DNA of 63,296 bases, filler included, from Octopus bimaculoides (Eukaryota), in the NCBI RefSeq assembly GCF_001194135.2. It is 6 parts of 5 records of this genome, joined end to end, with 100 filler letters (N's around TTAATTAATTAA, not from the genome) between each part and the next. Parts side by side here need not be neighbours in the genome. Positions count along the whole stretch, not along the records: positions 12,464 to 40,165 come from NC_068982.1; 5 more parts are not named here. The stretch is one strand, 5' to 3'. Every line of letters starts with the position of its first letter. Within the stretch, counting starts at the first letter, position 1. Shown one piece after another: positions 26,005 through 38,294 of the stretch. A program made the position numbers and the translations under genes. Below the pieces are notes generated by a model. It saw nothing but the letters and a program-made list of their open reading frames with translations. It had not been told where the DNA came from and searched no databases.

Positions 26005-26500
26005 TGTCCCCCTTCTTCTCTGCCTGTTTGCTCCCACGTGACTACAGGCCATTTCTCTCACCTCTGTCTTTTCTGGACACGACGTTCACTTAGCTGGGCG
26101 TCATCTTCCTCGCCTCCCGACATTTTTTTCTCTCTTTTTCTCTCTTCCACTATTTTCTTCTCTTCTATTTATTCTGTATCCTTTCAAAATTTCTCCCCAG
26201 GCGTTACCCATTACAATGCGTCTTCGCCCTTAATGTTTGTCTTTGTCGATTGCTTACTCTGTACGTCCACTCTGTCGTTGTTTGTTCGTTCGAAGCTCTA
26301 ACTACCCACAAATTTTATATTTTTTAAATTTCTGGATGCTGCTGTTTTATGAAGGTTTCCTATCTTGTTGTTGAAAGCTGGAAATAGTGAGTAATTAACA
26401 GTCGACAACTGAGGAGGAGTTAGACTTCTTTTGCTATTTTGTCCCGTACTTGTCTCTCATTGTGCTTACGTATTTTTCACTCGTTGGTGATGTCCTGTAC
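26005..26500 (+). mobile_element. Non-autonomous Penelope-like repeat (family G)
   Basis: Ends TTGGTGATGTCCTGTAC like 35305-35453; shares the CAACTGANGA motif. Confidence 0.55.
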
Positions 26501-26526
26501 TCGATGTATTATATATATATACATAT

Positions 26527-26910
26527 CGTGGAGGCGCAATGGCCCAGTGGTTAGGGCAGCGGATTCGCGGTCATAGGATCGCGGTTTCGATTCCCAGACC
26601 GGGCGTTGTGAGTGTTTATTGAGCGAAAACACCTAAAGCTTCACGAGGCTCTGGCAGGGGGGGGGGCGAACCCTGCCGTACTCTTCCACCACAACTTTCT
26701 CTCACTCTTACTTCCTGTTTCTGTTGTACTTGTATTTCAAAGGGCCAGCCTTGTCACACTGTGTCACGCTGAATATCCCCGAGAACTACGTTAAGGGTGC
26801 ACGTGTCTGTGGAGTGCTCAGCCACTTGCACGTTAATTTCACGAGCAGGCTGTTCTGTTGATCGGATCGACTGGAACCCTCGACGTCGTAAGCGACGGAG
26901 TTGCAACAAC
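26527..26910 (+). mobile_element. Full-length SINE C inserted in a (TA)n tract
   Basis: Highly similar to 15752-16132; ATATATATATACATAT on both flanks. Confidence 0.9.
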
Positions 26911-27430
26911 ATATATATATATACATATGTATGTATGTATGTATGTCGATAGGTAGGTAGGTAACCGCTAAATTTTATTCTTCATTCTTTTTTTTACCTT
27001 TTTTTACCTTTATAATCTGACCATAATGATAGAAATTTTATTTATAGTCAACTTGATTTTTTTTTTTGTTTTGCCTGTTTCTTTGGTTCCATATTTTGTA
27101 TTTGGATTATAACTGTATTTTGTCTTATCACTATATTTGTAGGTTAAGTTTTGTCTGCAAGTTGCTGAAAATAGCACACTGCTATGGGTATTCATTCTCA
27201 CAGTGAGTAAAACGATATTATGTTTTATCGAATGTTTTATTCAGAACAGTCACTTGAATAAACGCTTCTTGAACCTTTGATGGATGATAGTGATTATACA
27301 ATATGCTAACTTTAACATCTCACCAATGTACTAGAAGTGTCAGTGTGTTGAAATAATTATAGCGATTTTAGAAAAAGAATGTCGTTCAATCCATACATAC
27401 GTACGTACGTACATACGTTATATATATATA

Positions 27431-27922
27431 TACACGATGGGTACCCAAAGTAACCAGAAACGTTCTCTGTTGGACAAGCCCATTGTAGTTCAGGCTTCCA
27501 CCGCTAGAAGCCACTTGATGCGATCCTCAAGCATAAGTCTGCCGATCGGCGTCGTCGTGTGAGGTCGTACAGCCACGTGGTGCGTCTTTGTTTTGCAGTG
27601 CTTCTCCCCTGTTCGTCAATTTTTAAGATGGCTGAAACGAAGAAGCAGCGTGCTTCCGTGAAATTATGTTTCCTGCTGGGGAAAACGGCAACCGAAACAG
27701 TTGTCATGCTTTAAACAGCTTACAAGGACGCTGCCATGAGCAAAACACAAGTTTATGAGTGGGTTTTCACACTTTAGAAATGACCCCTTATCGCTTGAAG
27801 ACCAGCCTCGTTTAGGGCGACTGTCGACCTCCCGAACGAATGAAAACATCTCGAAAATTCGTGAACTGATCTTGAAGAACCGTCGTTGAATAATTGACGA
27901 ACTTGTTGATTTGACTGGAATA
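27431..27922 (+). mobile_element. Mariner 5' half: left TIR-like end and decayed N-terminal HTH of transposase (ATG at 27628)
   Basis: MAETKKQRASVKLCFLLGKTATETVVML*TAYKDAAMSKTQVYEW, then LEDQPRLGRLSTSRTNENISKIRELILKNRR*IIDELVDLTGI. Confidence 0.85.
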
Positions 27923-27926
27923 TATA

Positions 27927-28863
27927 TACTAGAATAGACTACCCGTGACCTGTTGGGTCACCAATAGTTCAAGGTCCCCGAAAAAAAAACCCACGTATCT
28001 CGGGAATCCGTGGTCCGATTTGCGTGAAATTTCTGTTATCCTGTGTGTATTCGTATTTCAATGGTACCTTACTTTCAAAGCACTTTTCCTATTCTACGTG
28101 GTTTGGTTATTTAATAAGGTACCCGAAAAAACCGCGTATCTCGGTAACACCGAAAACACGCATAAATGGCTCCTTTCCCCGCAAAAAGGAAAGATTTGGC
28201 TAATATTTCTTGCACACCCTGCTACCACGTAACAGCTATTTCGGGTCCTTTATCGCAAATAGTTGTTACGTGGTAGCAGAGTGTACTAGAAGTAGCTACC
28301 AAATCTTTGGAAGTGAGATACGTTGAATGTACTTGAAAAAATCTTAAGGAAAAAGAAATTCACACCGAGGTTACGAACGGGTCTTTTACGAAATATTTAC
28401 CATATTTTTAAAGTCATTTTTACTTGAAAATATTTTTTAAATATGCCAGAAAAAGTTTTCTAAAGGTATTCACTTGAAAATAGTTTTTTAAAAAAAATTT
28501 TAATATTGTCTGTTTAAAGAAAGCTAAAATATAAATACTGTACAAACAACTTACATTTTTGAAATCACATTCACTTAAAAATATTTCTAAATGATTAAAG
28601 TATTGTGTTTAATATCATAATGTGTCTTTCAGGGTTAAGTTATTTTCGGAGTATTTTCTCATTATGCACCGTTTTGGGTATTTATACCTCCCAAAACCCT
28701 CGATATCTCAACAACCAGTAGTCCGATTTACACGAAACTTGTTTTATTCCGTTTGTATTCATATTTCAGGGGAGCCTTAATTCATAGTATTTTCTCATTA
28801 TGCGCCAGTTTGGCTGTGTAACATTGCAAGCAAGCAAGATTGAAGTTCATTTTTAATATAGAT
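27927..28863 (+). mobile_element. Non-autonomous Helitron-like element
   Basis: 5' TACTAG...ACCCGTGACC..GGGTCAC; repeated (G)TATCTC..CCGATTT..GAAA modules; ends TTTTAATATAGAT. Class assignment is by resemblance only. Confidence 0.45.
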
Positions 28864-28920
28864 ATATACGCACACAGCCGGATTAAATAAATCCATATAC
28901 AGTGCATTAAATTTATATTT

Positions 28921-28952
<32 letters not shown>

Positions 28953-30231
28953 TTGCTTTGGTGCAAAAGCAGTACCTGCGGGATGATGGTTACTGACAAA
29001 AATACATATGCATTTGTAACGTCGCCCACAGCTGCTTTCCAGATTGATCTTTGAAGAAAAAAAAGAAGGTATGCTGAGCGAAGTAGAATGCTTGATGGCT
29101 TCTTTAAAATATTAAAACTGTGCTGCTACTAGGAAATCTATTTAGTCGTCGATAGAAGACGCTCCGCGCGTGTTTTATTACAATGCTATGTAGCTATGTA
29201 AATATTAAAGTGTGTTATGGAAGATTTCTCATGATTAGTCCTGTCTTTTTCGTGACTCTCATACCTTGTTCGTGTGTCAGTATACGTTCCACAATGGCGC
29301 ACATGTTACGTGCACGTGACCTTCACGCGAAGTTTCTAGACCAATGTCTGTGAATTCACAGCACTTACACCATAACCAAAGTCGTGCATATAAAAATTTC
29401 TCCCTGTGGTGATTGACATATTTGTATTTCCCCATTTGGACAGTTTAATTATTGATAAAGCCGTCCGAGCAAGGAGAGAAGACTAAACACCACAATCCGT
29501 TGTTTTACTGTCCATTTTCATAAACTTCCCGTATAAAGGATGAAAGCATGTTATAATTATTTATAATTGTTTATTTGTTTTCTTCCTTATCTCAAAAGTA
29601 TTATTATAGGATGTGACTGAAGATGTCATGTTTTCATTCATTTAATATTTAAAATATTTAGCATTTCCTACTTAAGATATATCTGAAATATTTAATATTT
29701 CCTGCTTAAAATATACCTAAAATATTTAATATTTCCATGAGCCGCCCATTTCTGTACGTCGTATGTCTCCAACATGGAATAATAGAGCAGTAGATAGTAA
29801 GCTAAATAATCATGTTATTCAGGGAAATAATTTCATTTTGAATTTAGGAGACAGAGGAAGAAGAAAGACAAACGAAATAGAAACAGAAATGAAAAAAAAT
29901 AATAATAATTTGCCACAGAATCATAAATTTCTTGACTGCATAAGTGATGCAGATAAATTATATAATGACTCCTACTGGGAATCAAAACAGGTCCGTAATT
30001 TTGGCTCCTCATGAAATACTACTCGCCCGATTTTTGCCTCTTATCTTTGTTCTATAAATCTCTAATAAAATCTACTTCTTGGAACTAGGTACTAGAATAA
30101 TTTTGACAATGGAATACGGTAACCTGTTTCGGAAACTTATTTCGCTGGTACTTCATTTACAGACTTTCGAGAAGACAGATCGTGTCATGTAAAGTTACTC
30201 TCGCAGCGAAACAAGACTAAATACATTAATA

Positions 30232-30440
30232 TATTGGTTTCAAATTTTGGTCCAAGGCCATCAATTTCGGGTGAGGGGTAAGTCGATTACATCGACCCAA
30301 GTGATCAATTGGTATATAGTTTATCTACCTCGAAAGGACGCAAAGCAAAGTCGAATTTGAGCTCAGAACATAAAGACGGACTAAACGCCGCTAAGCATTT
30401 TGTACGACATGCTTAACGATTCTGCTAGCTCACCGCCTTG
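30232..30440 (-). mobile_element. SINE E
   Basis: Full reverse-complement copy ending at head GCTCACCGCCTT. Confidence 0.85.
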
Positions 30441-30468
30441 TTAAATATTGTAATATATTAAGTACTGT

Positions 30469-30910
30469 AAGGCGACGAGCTGGCAGAAATGCTTCGCGAA
30501 ATGCTTAGCCGGGCGAAATGCTTAGCGGTATTTCATCTGCCATTACGTTCTGTGTTCAAATTCCGCCGTGGTCGACTTTGCCTTTCATCCTTTCGGAGTC
30601 GATAAATTAAGTACCAGTTACGCACTGGGGTCGATGTAATCTACTTAATCCCTTTGTCTGTCCTTGTTTGTCCCCTCTATGTTTAGCCCCTTGTGGGCAA
30701 TAAAGAAATAAGAAACGTTAGCACGCCGTGCGAAATGCTTAGTGTTATTTCGTTTCTCTTTACGTTCTGAGTTCAAATTTCGCCGAGGTTGGCTTTGCCT
30801 TTCATCTTTTCGGGGTCGATAAATTAAGTACAAGTTGCGTACTGGAGTCGTTCTACTCGACTGGCCCTCTCCCCCAAAATTTCGAGCCTTGTGCCCCAGA
30901 GTAGAAAAGT
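30469..30910 (+). mobile_element. Tandem SINE E dimer (long-tail copy followed by head-truncated copy)
   Basis: Junction AAAGAAATA|AGAAACGTTAGCAC at 30710/30711. Confidence 0.85.
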
Positions 30911-31408
30911 ATATATTAAGTACTGTGTTCTACTGTATGTATCATCAGATTAGTACACTGCTTAGACCTCCTCAATTATTACACTCCACAGTCGAAATAT
31001 ACAGCTGGTATATGCTATTTAAAACACATGACGTTATCGAATGTATGATAGAGTGCTCTTTTGACGTGTTTGTTTTCATATAAGTAATGCTGAGTCAACC
31101 AGGGAACCTCTACGCAGTCGCTCGGTCTGCGAAAGATAACAGTTAATCTTCCTCAAATCATTACTCACGCAACATTAAGCAGAAGTTCTGAATATATATA
31201 TATATAAAAAAAAAACGCAGATGACAATCGCTAAAACCCCTTTTATCATAGATCTGACTGATCAAGGTAACATGGGATTAGATAACAGCAACGTACACAA
31301 TGCGACAGGTGTGCGGACAAAATATCCATTGTACCCATGCAGTATTTCTGTACATATAGAAAACCAAGAACATCAGGATGAAAACCAAAATGAAATTTTA
31401 AAAGCGAT

Positions 31409-31697
31409 TCTCCGTCAGCTACGACGACGACGACGCGAATTCCAATTGATCCGATCAACGGAACAGCCTGCTCGTGAAATTAACGTGCAAATAGCTAAAC
31501 ACACCGCAGACACATGTACCCTTAACATAGTTCTCAGGGGGATTCAGGATGACACAGAAAGCGACAAGGTTGGCCCTTTTGAAATACAGGTACAACTCAT
31601 TTATCAGCTGAGTGGACGGGAGCAACGTGAAATAAAGTGTCTTGCTCAAGGACACAACGCTCATGAGATGATTACCTTAACCACCAAGCCACGCGCC
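31409..31697 (-). mobile_element. SINE D
   Basis: Reverse-complement match to 3496-3816. Confidence 0.8.
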
Positions 31698-31889
31698 TTT
31701 ATGAAATTTTAAAATTCTAATTTAATTATTCCTGTGTAGTTTTGAATCCAGCAAAAGTCCAATTTTTGTTGCGGTGTGGGGGCTCATGTGCTTCAAAGAC
31801 CCCAAGAAGTATGCCAGTGAAGTTCACAAGTAAAAATGGTTTTGCGTAGGGCCATCTACCTAGTAAAAAGCAAAGTTACAGAAGGATCG

Positions 31890-32110
31890 ATGACAATTCA
31901 AAAACCAACAAGACCTGAGAGAAGAAGGCCTTCCCCTCGGGGAGACAAATAAACCGTCAAGGAAGGCAGAAGAGGAGATGCTTAAAAATAGTTGGAGACG
32001 GGATGCTGGAGTGGAACTAAAAGAGCACGGATCCAACTGGAGAGAAGCTGAAAGGAGAGCCCTAAGTAGAGAGCATTGGGGAAAAGTCGTGGGTGATCTG
32101 CGTTCTATAG
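31890..32110 (+). mobile_element. RTE-clade LINE 3' terminus, interrupted by a hAT MITE
   Basis: KNSWRRDAGVELKEHGSNWREAERRALSREHWGKVVGDLRS is typical of the RTE ORF C-terminus; resumes at ~32419 ending TAAGTAAG. Confidence 0.7.
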
Positions 32111-32410
32111 CAGTGGTTCCCAAACCTTTTCGGGCGGTCACCCCCTTGGTACCTAGGTCACATTCCTAGCGTCACCTCCCTCCTCATTCACCACCACAAA
32201 CATAGACTACTTTCAGCATCAAATTCAAAACAATTGTTTTTTTCACAAATAAATCTTAACTTAAATAACCCATTATTTTGTTGGTTTTGCATCCATCACC
32301 CCACCCCCACCCCTTTGGCCACCCTGTTACCGCCCCGACTATTCTTCAGCACCCACTGGATCTTTTCACTGCCCCCAGAGGGGCAGTACCGCCCACTTTG
32401 GGAACAACTG
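32111..32410. mobile_element. hAT (Charlie-like) MITE
   Basis: TIRs CAGTGGTTCCCAAAC / rc CAGTTGTTCCCAAAG; 8-bp flanks TTCTATAG / TTTTATAT (6/8). Confidence 0.8.
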
Positions 32411-33334
32411 TTTTATATGGAGAGAAGGACTTAAGTAAGCAGATAAATTGTTACATATGACCATAGTTGCCAGAGGGTTGCACCAAAGCTGACTCAGTTG
32501 TACATGCATCTCGAATTAAATAGTATAATAATAGAGGAAATAGAGAAGTAAAAAGGTAATTAAACGAAAAACTGTATGCATAATTCTTAATGTTGTTTGA
32601 GTTCGAATCACACCGAGGTTGATTAAATTTTCATAATTTCGAATTCATAAAAAATGTGTCGATCAAATACTGGAGTTTATTATAATTAACTTAATCCACT
32701 CACTAAACACGTTGTGTTATGATGAATTCTCAATCGATTTCGACCAAGTACGTTGAATCGTTCGATCAGCTGAATGTCGAACTCATTGAAATAAGGTTTA
32801 AATGGCTGAGTATTCCGCGCTCATGTGTAAACGCAATTCCCAAGCCGAATCAGCATGATATAATATATGACCAGACTAGTCCTTTCAGTTACATATACAG
32901 TCTGTCCGAGACAGAGTTTCTTACAGTTTCCATCCAATTGTTTTACTCACAAAGCTTATGTTGACCCGCGGCTCTTGCAAAGATATTTTCCCCGCAGTAC
33001 ATATCTAAGAAATTGCAATTCTGACTGTTACTAATCATTTGTGTTAATTAATGATTGACAGTACTTAGATATATACATTTCCTCTTTCAATTAAAAATAT
33101 ACAGCCATTCACATTAGATTTATATCTCATCCCACATCATGACTAAATGCACCACGTGCATTTTTAACATCTCGCATTACAGATTATTTGGCTCAGTCGA
33201 GGATTTGGTCGTTATCGTTACCACGTGAGTACAGACTAAAGTTTTAAGGTATTTTAGACAGATCAGATATTCTGCTTCCTTGTTTATGTATTGGGAAGAT
33301 CAAAAAGATATGATACGCACACACACACACACAC

Positions 33335-33379
<45 letters not shown>

Positions 33380-34380
33380 CCCTTCCATTGCAATGCTTCC
33401 CTTACTATATACTCTTTACTCCCCTTCCTGCATTATTTATCCGACAAGAGAGGAAGAGCTTAACAAGATAATCTATTGAGGTTTTTCTGAGGAATTNNNN
33501 NNNNNNNNNNNNNNNNNNNNNNNNNNNNNNNNNNNNNNNNNNNNNNNNNNNNNNNNNNNNNNNNNNNNNNNNNNNNNNNNNNNNNNNNNNNNNNNNNNNN
33601 NNNNNNNNNNNNNNNNNNNNNNNNNNNNNNNNNNNNNNNNNNNNNNNNNNNNNNNNNNNNNNNNNNNNNNNNNNNNNNNNNNNNNNNNNNNNNNNNNNNN
33701 NNNNNNNNNNNNNNNNNNNNNNNNNNNNNNNNNNNNNNNNNNNNNNNNNNNNNNNNNNNNNNNNNNNNNNNNNNNNNNNNNNNNNNNNNNNNNNNNNNNN
33801 NNNNNNNNNNNNNNNNNNNNNNNNNNNNNNNNNNNNNNNNNNNNNNNNNNNNNNNNNNNNNNNNNNNNNNNNNNNNNNNNNNNNNNNNNNNNNNNNNNNN
33901 NNNNNNNNNNNNNNNNNNNNNNNNNNNNNNNNNNNNNNNNNNNNNNNNNNNNNNNNNNNNNNNNNNNNNNNNNNNNNNNNNNNNNNNNNNNNNNNNNNNN
34001 NNNNNNNNNNNNNNNNNNNNNNNNNNNNNNNNNNNNNNNNNNNNNNNNNNNNNNNNNNNNNNNNNNNNNNNNNNNNNNNNNNNNNNNNNNNNNNNNNNNN
34101 NNNNNNNNNNNNNNNNNNNNNNNNNNNNNNNNNNNNNNNNNNNNNNNNNNNNNNNNNNNNNNNNNNNNNNNNNNNNNNNNNNNNNNNNNNNNNNNNAATA
34201 GTGGCAGTTTATCCGCTCCCTTTTCAGTCATCACAAGCCTTCCTTTCCCGCTCCTCCACTCCACCTCGCTTTAGGAGAAACATTGCTTTAGTTCAATGGT
34301 TCTCAACCGGGATCCATATGGCCCTTGGTGGTGGTGGTAGTGGGGAGGCATATAAGCTTTTGTTGTTAAAATTTGTCCCC

Positions 34381-34545
34381 GCAGGAGAGGCTGTGTGGTA
34401 AGTAGCTTGCTTACCAACCACATGGTTCCAGATTCAATCCCACTGCGTGGCACCTTGGGCAAGTGTCTTCTTCTATAGCCTCGGGCCGACTAAAGCCTTG
34501 TGAGTGGATTTGATAGACGGAAACTGAAAGAAGCCCATCGTATAT
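34381..34545 (+). mobile_element. SINE A
   Basis: Matches the family A consensus. Confidence 0.85.
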
Positions 34546-34661
34546 ATATATATAAATATATATCAATTAGAAAATTGAGGATAATATGCTGAACCCAGAT
34601 ACTATCCCTTAGTGGGTTGAACCCTCAACTCCTAACTCTCTCGCATTATATATAAATATAT

Positions 34662-35161
34662 ATATATGGGTACAGGATGTCACCAACTGTGTAAACAAAA
34701 TAAAGTACGAAAACAAACAAGTTGAATACGCAAACGACGAGAGAAAAATGGAAAACTGGACAAGGAAACATAGAGAACGACCCTTCATCAGTTGTCGGCT
34801 GTCTATCTACTCCTCATTTCGAGCATTCATCGACAATATGAGTCTTCAAAGATAGTTGCTCCCATTAATTCTAAAAATAAATTTTGGATTTATGGAGGGT
34901 CAATGTTGGGAACAAAAACAGGACAGCGGAGACATACAAGGAAACCGAATGAAAACAAGCATGGAGGGTCGTTAGACCAGAACGAGAGGAAAATAGTGAA
35001 CGCTGGGAGAAATATTTTCTTTGAAAAGAGAAAAGATAGAAGAGAGAGAAAGAAAACCTCCAGTCCATAGAACGTCGTGCAGGAAAAGATAGTCACGTGA
35101 GGAAAAAAAAGATGGACAATGGTCACGTGTGAGCAACGAAAGACAGAAAAAGAGGGAGAGG

Positions 35162-35193
<32 letters not shown>

Positions 35194-35453
35194 AAATGGT
35201 GATGGGGAGAAAAGGAGAATTAGAGAAGGATGGGGGAAGTAAACAGTATAGAGTAGAGTCGCATCAAAAAGGTTGAGATAAAGTTACTTGGGAATAGATG
35301 CATAGAGTAGATAGACAGACGACAACTGATGAAGGGTCATTCTCTGTTTACTTGTCCTGTTTTCCATTTGTCTCTCGTTGTTTGCGTATTTAACTCGTTT
35401 GTTTTCGTACTTCATGTTGTTTACACAGTTGGTGACGTCCTGTACCCATATAT
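34662..35453. mobile_element. Family G element with ~150-bp terminal inverted arms, Penelope-like
   Basis: 34662-34812 is the reverse complement of 35305-35453 with few mismatches; (TA)n on both flanks. Confidence 0.7.
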
Positions 35454-35659
35454 GCATATATATATATATATANNNNNNNNNNNNNNNNNNNNNNNNNNNN
35501 NNNNNNNNNNNNNNNNNNNNNNNNNNNNNNNNNNNNNNNNNNNNNNNNNNNNNNNNNNNNNNNNNNNNNNNNNNNNNNNNNNNNNNNNNNNNNNNCATAT
35601 ATATATTATTTATATTATTATTTAATTGAACACCATGCATCCATTTCCAAGTATACGTA

Positions 35660-35695
<36 letters not shown>

Positions 35696-36784
35696 TGTAT
35701 GTGTGTGTTAGTGTATCCGTGTTTGTCCCCTCAGCATCGCTTGACAACTGATGCTGGTGTGTTTACGTCCCCGTAACCTAGCGGTTCGGCAAAAGAGACC
35801 GATAGAGTAAGTGTCCCTGGTGGAGGGTAAAGTTAGACACAGGAACAAATCTGAGAGGATTAAGTAGCAACCAGACCTTATGGCTCGTTGCTAAGATGGT
35901 CTCTATTAGCATAGCATTCTTACTCGTTACCTTTCAATCAAGAATACTTTGGAAAAAAACGTTCATTCAACAACATTTACTGCTAGCTTTGCAGTAATTG
36001 AGTTGTAAAAAAACTACTCACAACCTCACCATCTCTGTCTCACAACAAAGGTGCACACGCAGACCAATAGAGGAAGGTTTACACGAAACCAAGAAACAAC
36101 AGCCAGAATTTTTCTCATATCATATTTTTAAGTTTTTAAAAGAAATGGGAAATACACATAAGATGATGTAATATGTAAACTATGCTTGAAAACTGATGGG
36201 ATGGCCATCGCTAGAACACCAGGTACTGTAGTACTATGAAAATGCTCCTTCAAATAGTTCTCAAAAAAGAAGAGTACATAAAACGAATAATACACATCCT
36301 TCATCTGCATAGGTTTACGTCTTTGTTTTTTTTTTTGTTTTTGTTTTTTTTACTATAAAATAGAACATTTGTCAATTACGATGAAAATAAGCGAGACACA
36401 ATATCACAATACAATAGTGTAACAAGTACGATGCGGAAGAGAAAAAAACACGATTAGATGCTTGGACGATGTTCTTAAACAAATAACGATGAATAGAAGG
36501 ATACATCTGCTCGCTCGGCGAGCTGAAAGATAAAAGAAAGATTTTTCACTTAGAGCAGAAACAGGAAGTGGCAAGCTGGGAAAGGAAGGAGGTAGCCTCC
36601 TAAGCACATCCTCAAAAGTTCTAGAAAGGATAATCCTTGACATCACTAACCCAGACATCCCTCTCTTCAACCATAACACGGGATGTAGACTACTATTCTC
36701 AACCATTACTTGCTACAAACCTATCACAGAAAATACGCGATAGTTTTAATAATGTAAAAAAAAAAAAGAAAACTTCCACAAAGT

Positions 36785-37139
36785 AAGCGTGGCTGTGTGG
36801 TAAGAAGTTTCCTTCCCAACCACATGGTGTCGGGTTCAGTCCCAGTGAATGGTACATTTGGCAAGCCACTTCATCTCTAAATTCGGGCTGACCAGAGCCT
36901 TGTGAGTGGATCTAGTAGACGAAAACTGAAAGAATCTTGTCGTTTATATACATACATGTGAATAGGCGCAGGAGTGGCTGTGTGGTAAGTAGCTTGCTTA
37001 CCAACCACATGGTTCTGAGTTCAGTCCTACTGCGTAGCACCTTGGGAAAGTTTCTTCTACTATATCCTCGGGCTGACCAAAGCCTTGTGAGTGGTTTTGG
37101 TAGACGGAAACTGAAAGAAGCCCGTCGTATATATGTATG

Positions 37140-37188
<49 letters not shown>

Positions 37189-37232
37189 GGATGTGTATAT
37201 TTTTGTGTATAGGTATTTGTCCCCCCAACATC
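36785..37232 (+). mobile_element. Two tandem SINE A copies (older 36785-36947, younger A/B from 36965)
   Basis: Both match the family A consensus. Confidence 0.85.
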
Positions 37233-37544
37233 NNNNNNNNNNNNNNNNNNNNNNNNNNNNNNNNNNNNNNNNNNNNNNNNNNNNNNNNNNNNNNNNNNNN
37301 NNNNNNNNNNNNNNNNNNNNNNNNNNNNNNNNNNNNNNNNNNNNNNNNNNNNNNNNNNNNNNNNNNNNNNNNNNNNNNNNNNNNNNNNNNNNNNNNNNNN
37401 NNNNNNNNNNNNNNNNNNNNNNNNNNNNNNNNNNNNNNNNNNNNNNNNNNNNNNNNNNNNNNNNNNNNNNTCCTCGGGCTGACCAAAGCCTTGTGAGTGG
37501 TTTTGGTAGACGGAAACTGAAAGAAGCCCGTCGTATATATGTAT

Positions 37545-38169
37545 GTATGTATATAACGTCATGAAACGTGTACAACAAAAAATACGAAGCAAGCACGAGT
37601 ACATGGAACATGAACTATTCTTTCGAACAACGAAAGACACAAATGGAAAACAAATCAAACAACATAAAAAACGACCCTTCATCAGTTGTTGGCTGTTTTT
37701 CTAGTCTCGTATTTCGAGCATTTAACAACAATATAGGCTTTCGATAAAGCAGTTGCTCCCGCAAAGCAAATAAAATAAAATTTGGGATTTTTGCGGACGG
37801 TCAAAATTGGTAACACAAACAGGGCAGTGAAAACAAACAGGAAGGGTTGCTAAGCCTGAACGAGGTTGTGGTGGCAAACGCGTAAACCAAGCGTGGACAG
37901 GAAACAAACAAGAATACGTCTTCCTTGTTCCAGCTACAACGGAGAGTAAGAAACACAAGTTAGAAGAAGAAAGATGACTGATGGTCACATGGGAGCCACG
38001 TGAGCAAGGGAGGAGGAGTGAAGGAGAGTGATAGTGACAGAGTAACAGGAAAAAATAGTGGGAGAGAGGAGGTAAAACAATAAGAGAGAGAAAGAGTAAA
38101 AAGATCGTATAGAGTGCGCATCAGAATTAAGATAAAACTTACTTGGAAGAGGATGCGAGGCGTTCAATC

Positions 38170-38170
<1 letters not shown>
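37545..38170 (-). mobile_element. Family G relative with a single arm
   Basis: Shares AACGACCCTTCATCAGTTGT, TTTCGAGCATT, AGTTGCTCCC and TTACTTGG blocks, in the same order, with 34662-35453. Confidence 0.6.
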
Positions 38171-38201
<31 letters not shown>

Positions 38202-38234
38202 AGGGCATTACTATTATATATGTGTGTGTGTGTG

Positions 38235-38294
<60 letters not shown>

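Noticed and set aside
26527-26605. tRNA-like heads of SINEs C, A, D and E as tRNA genes
   Set aside because: A/B boxes are present, but no closed acceptor stem could be drawn, and each head continues into a multi-copy SINE body.
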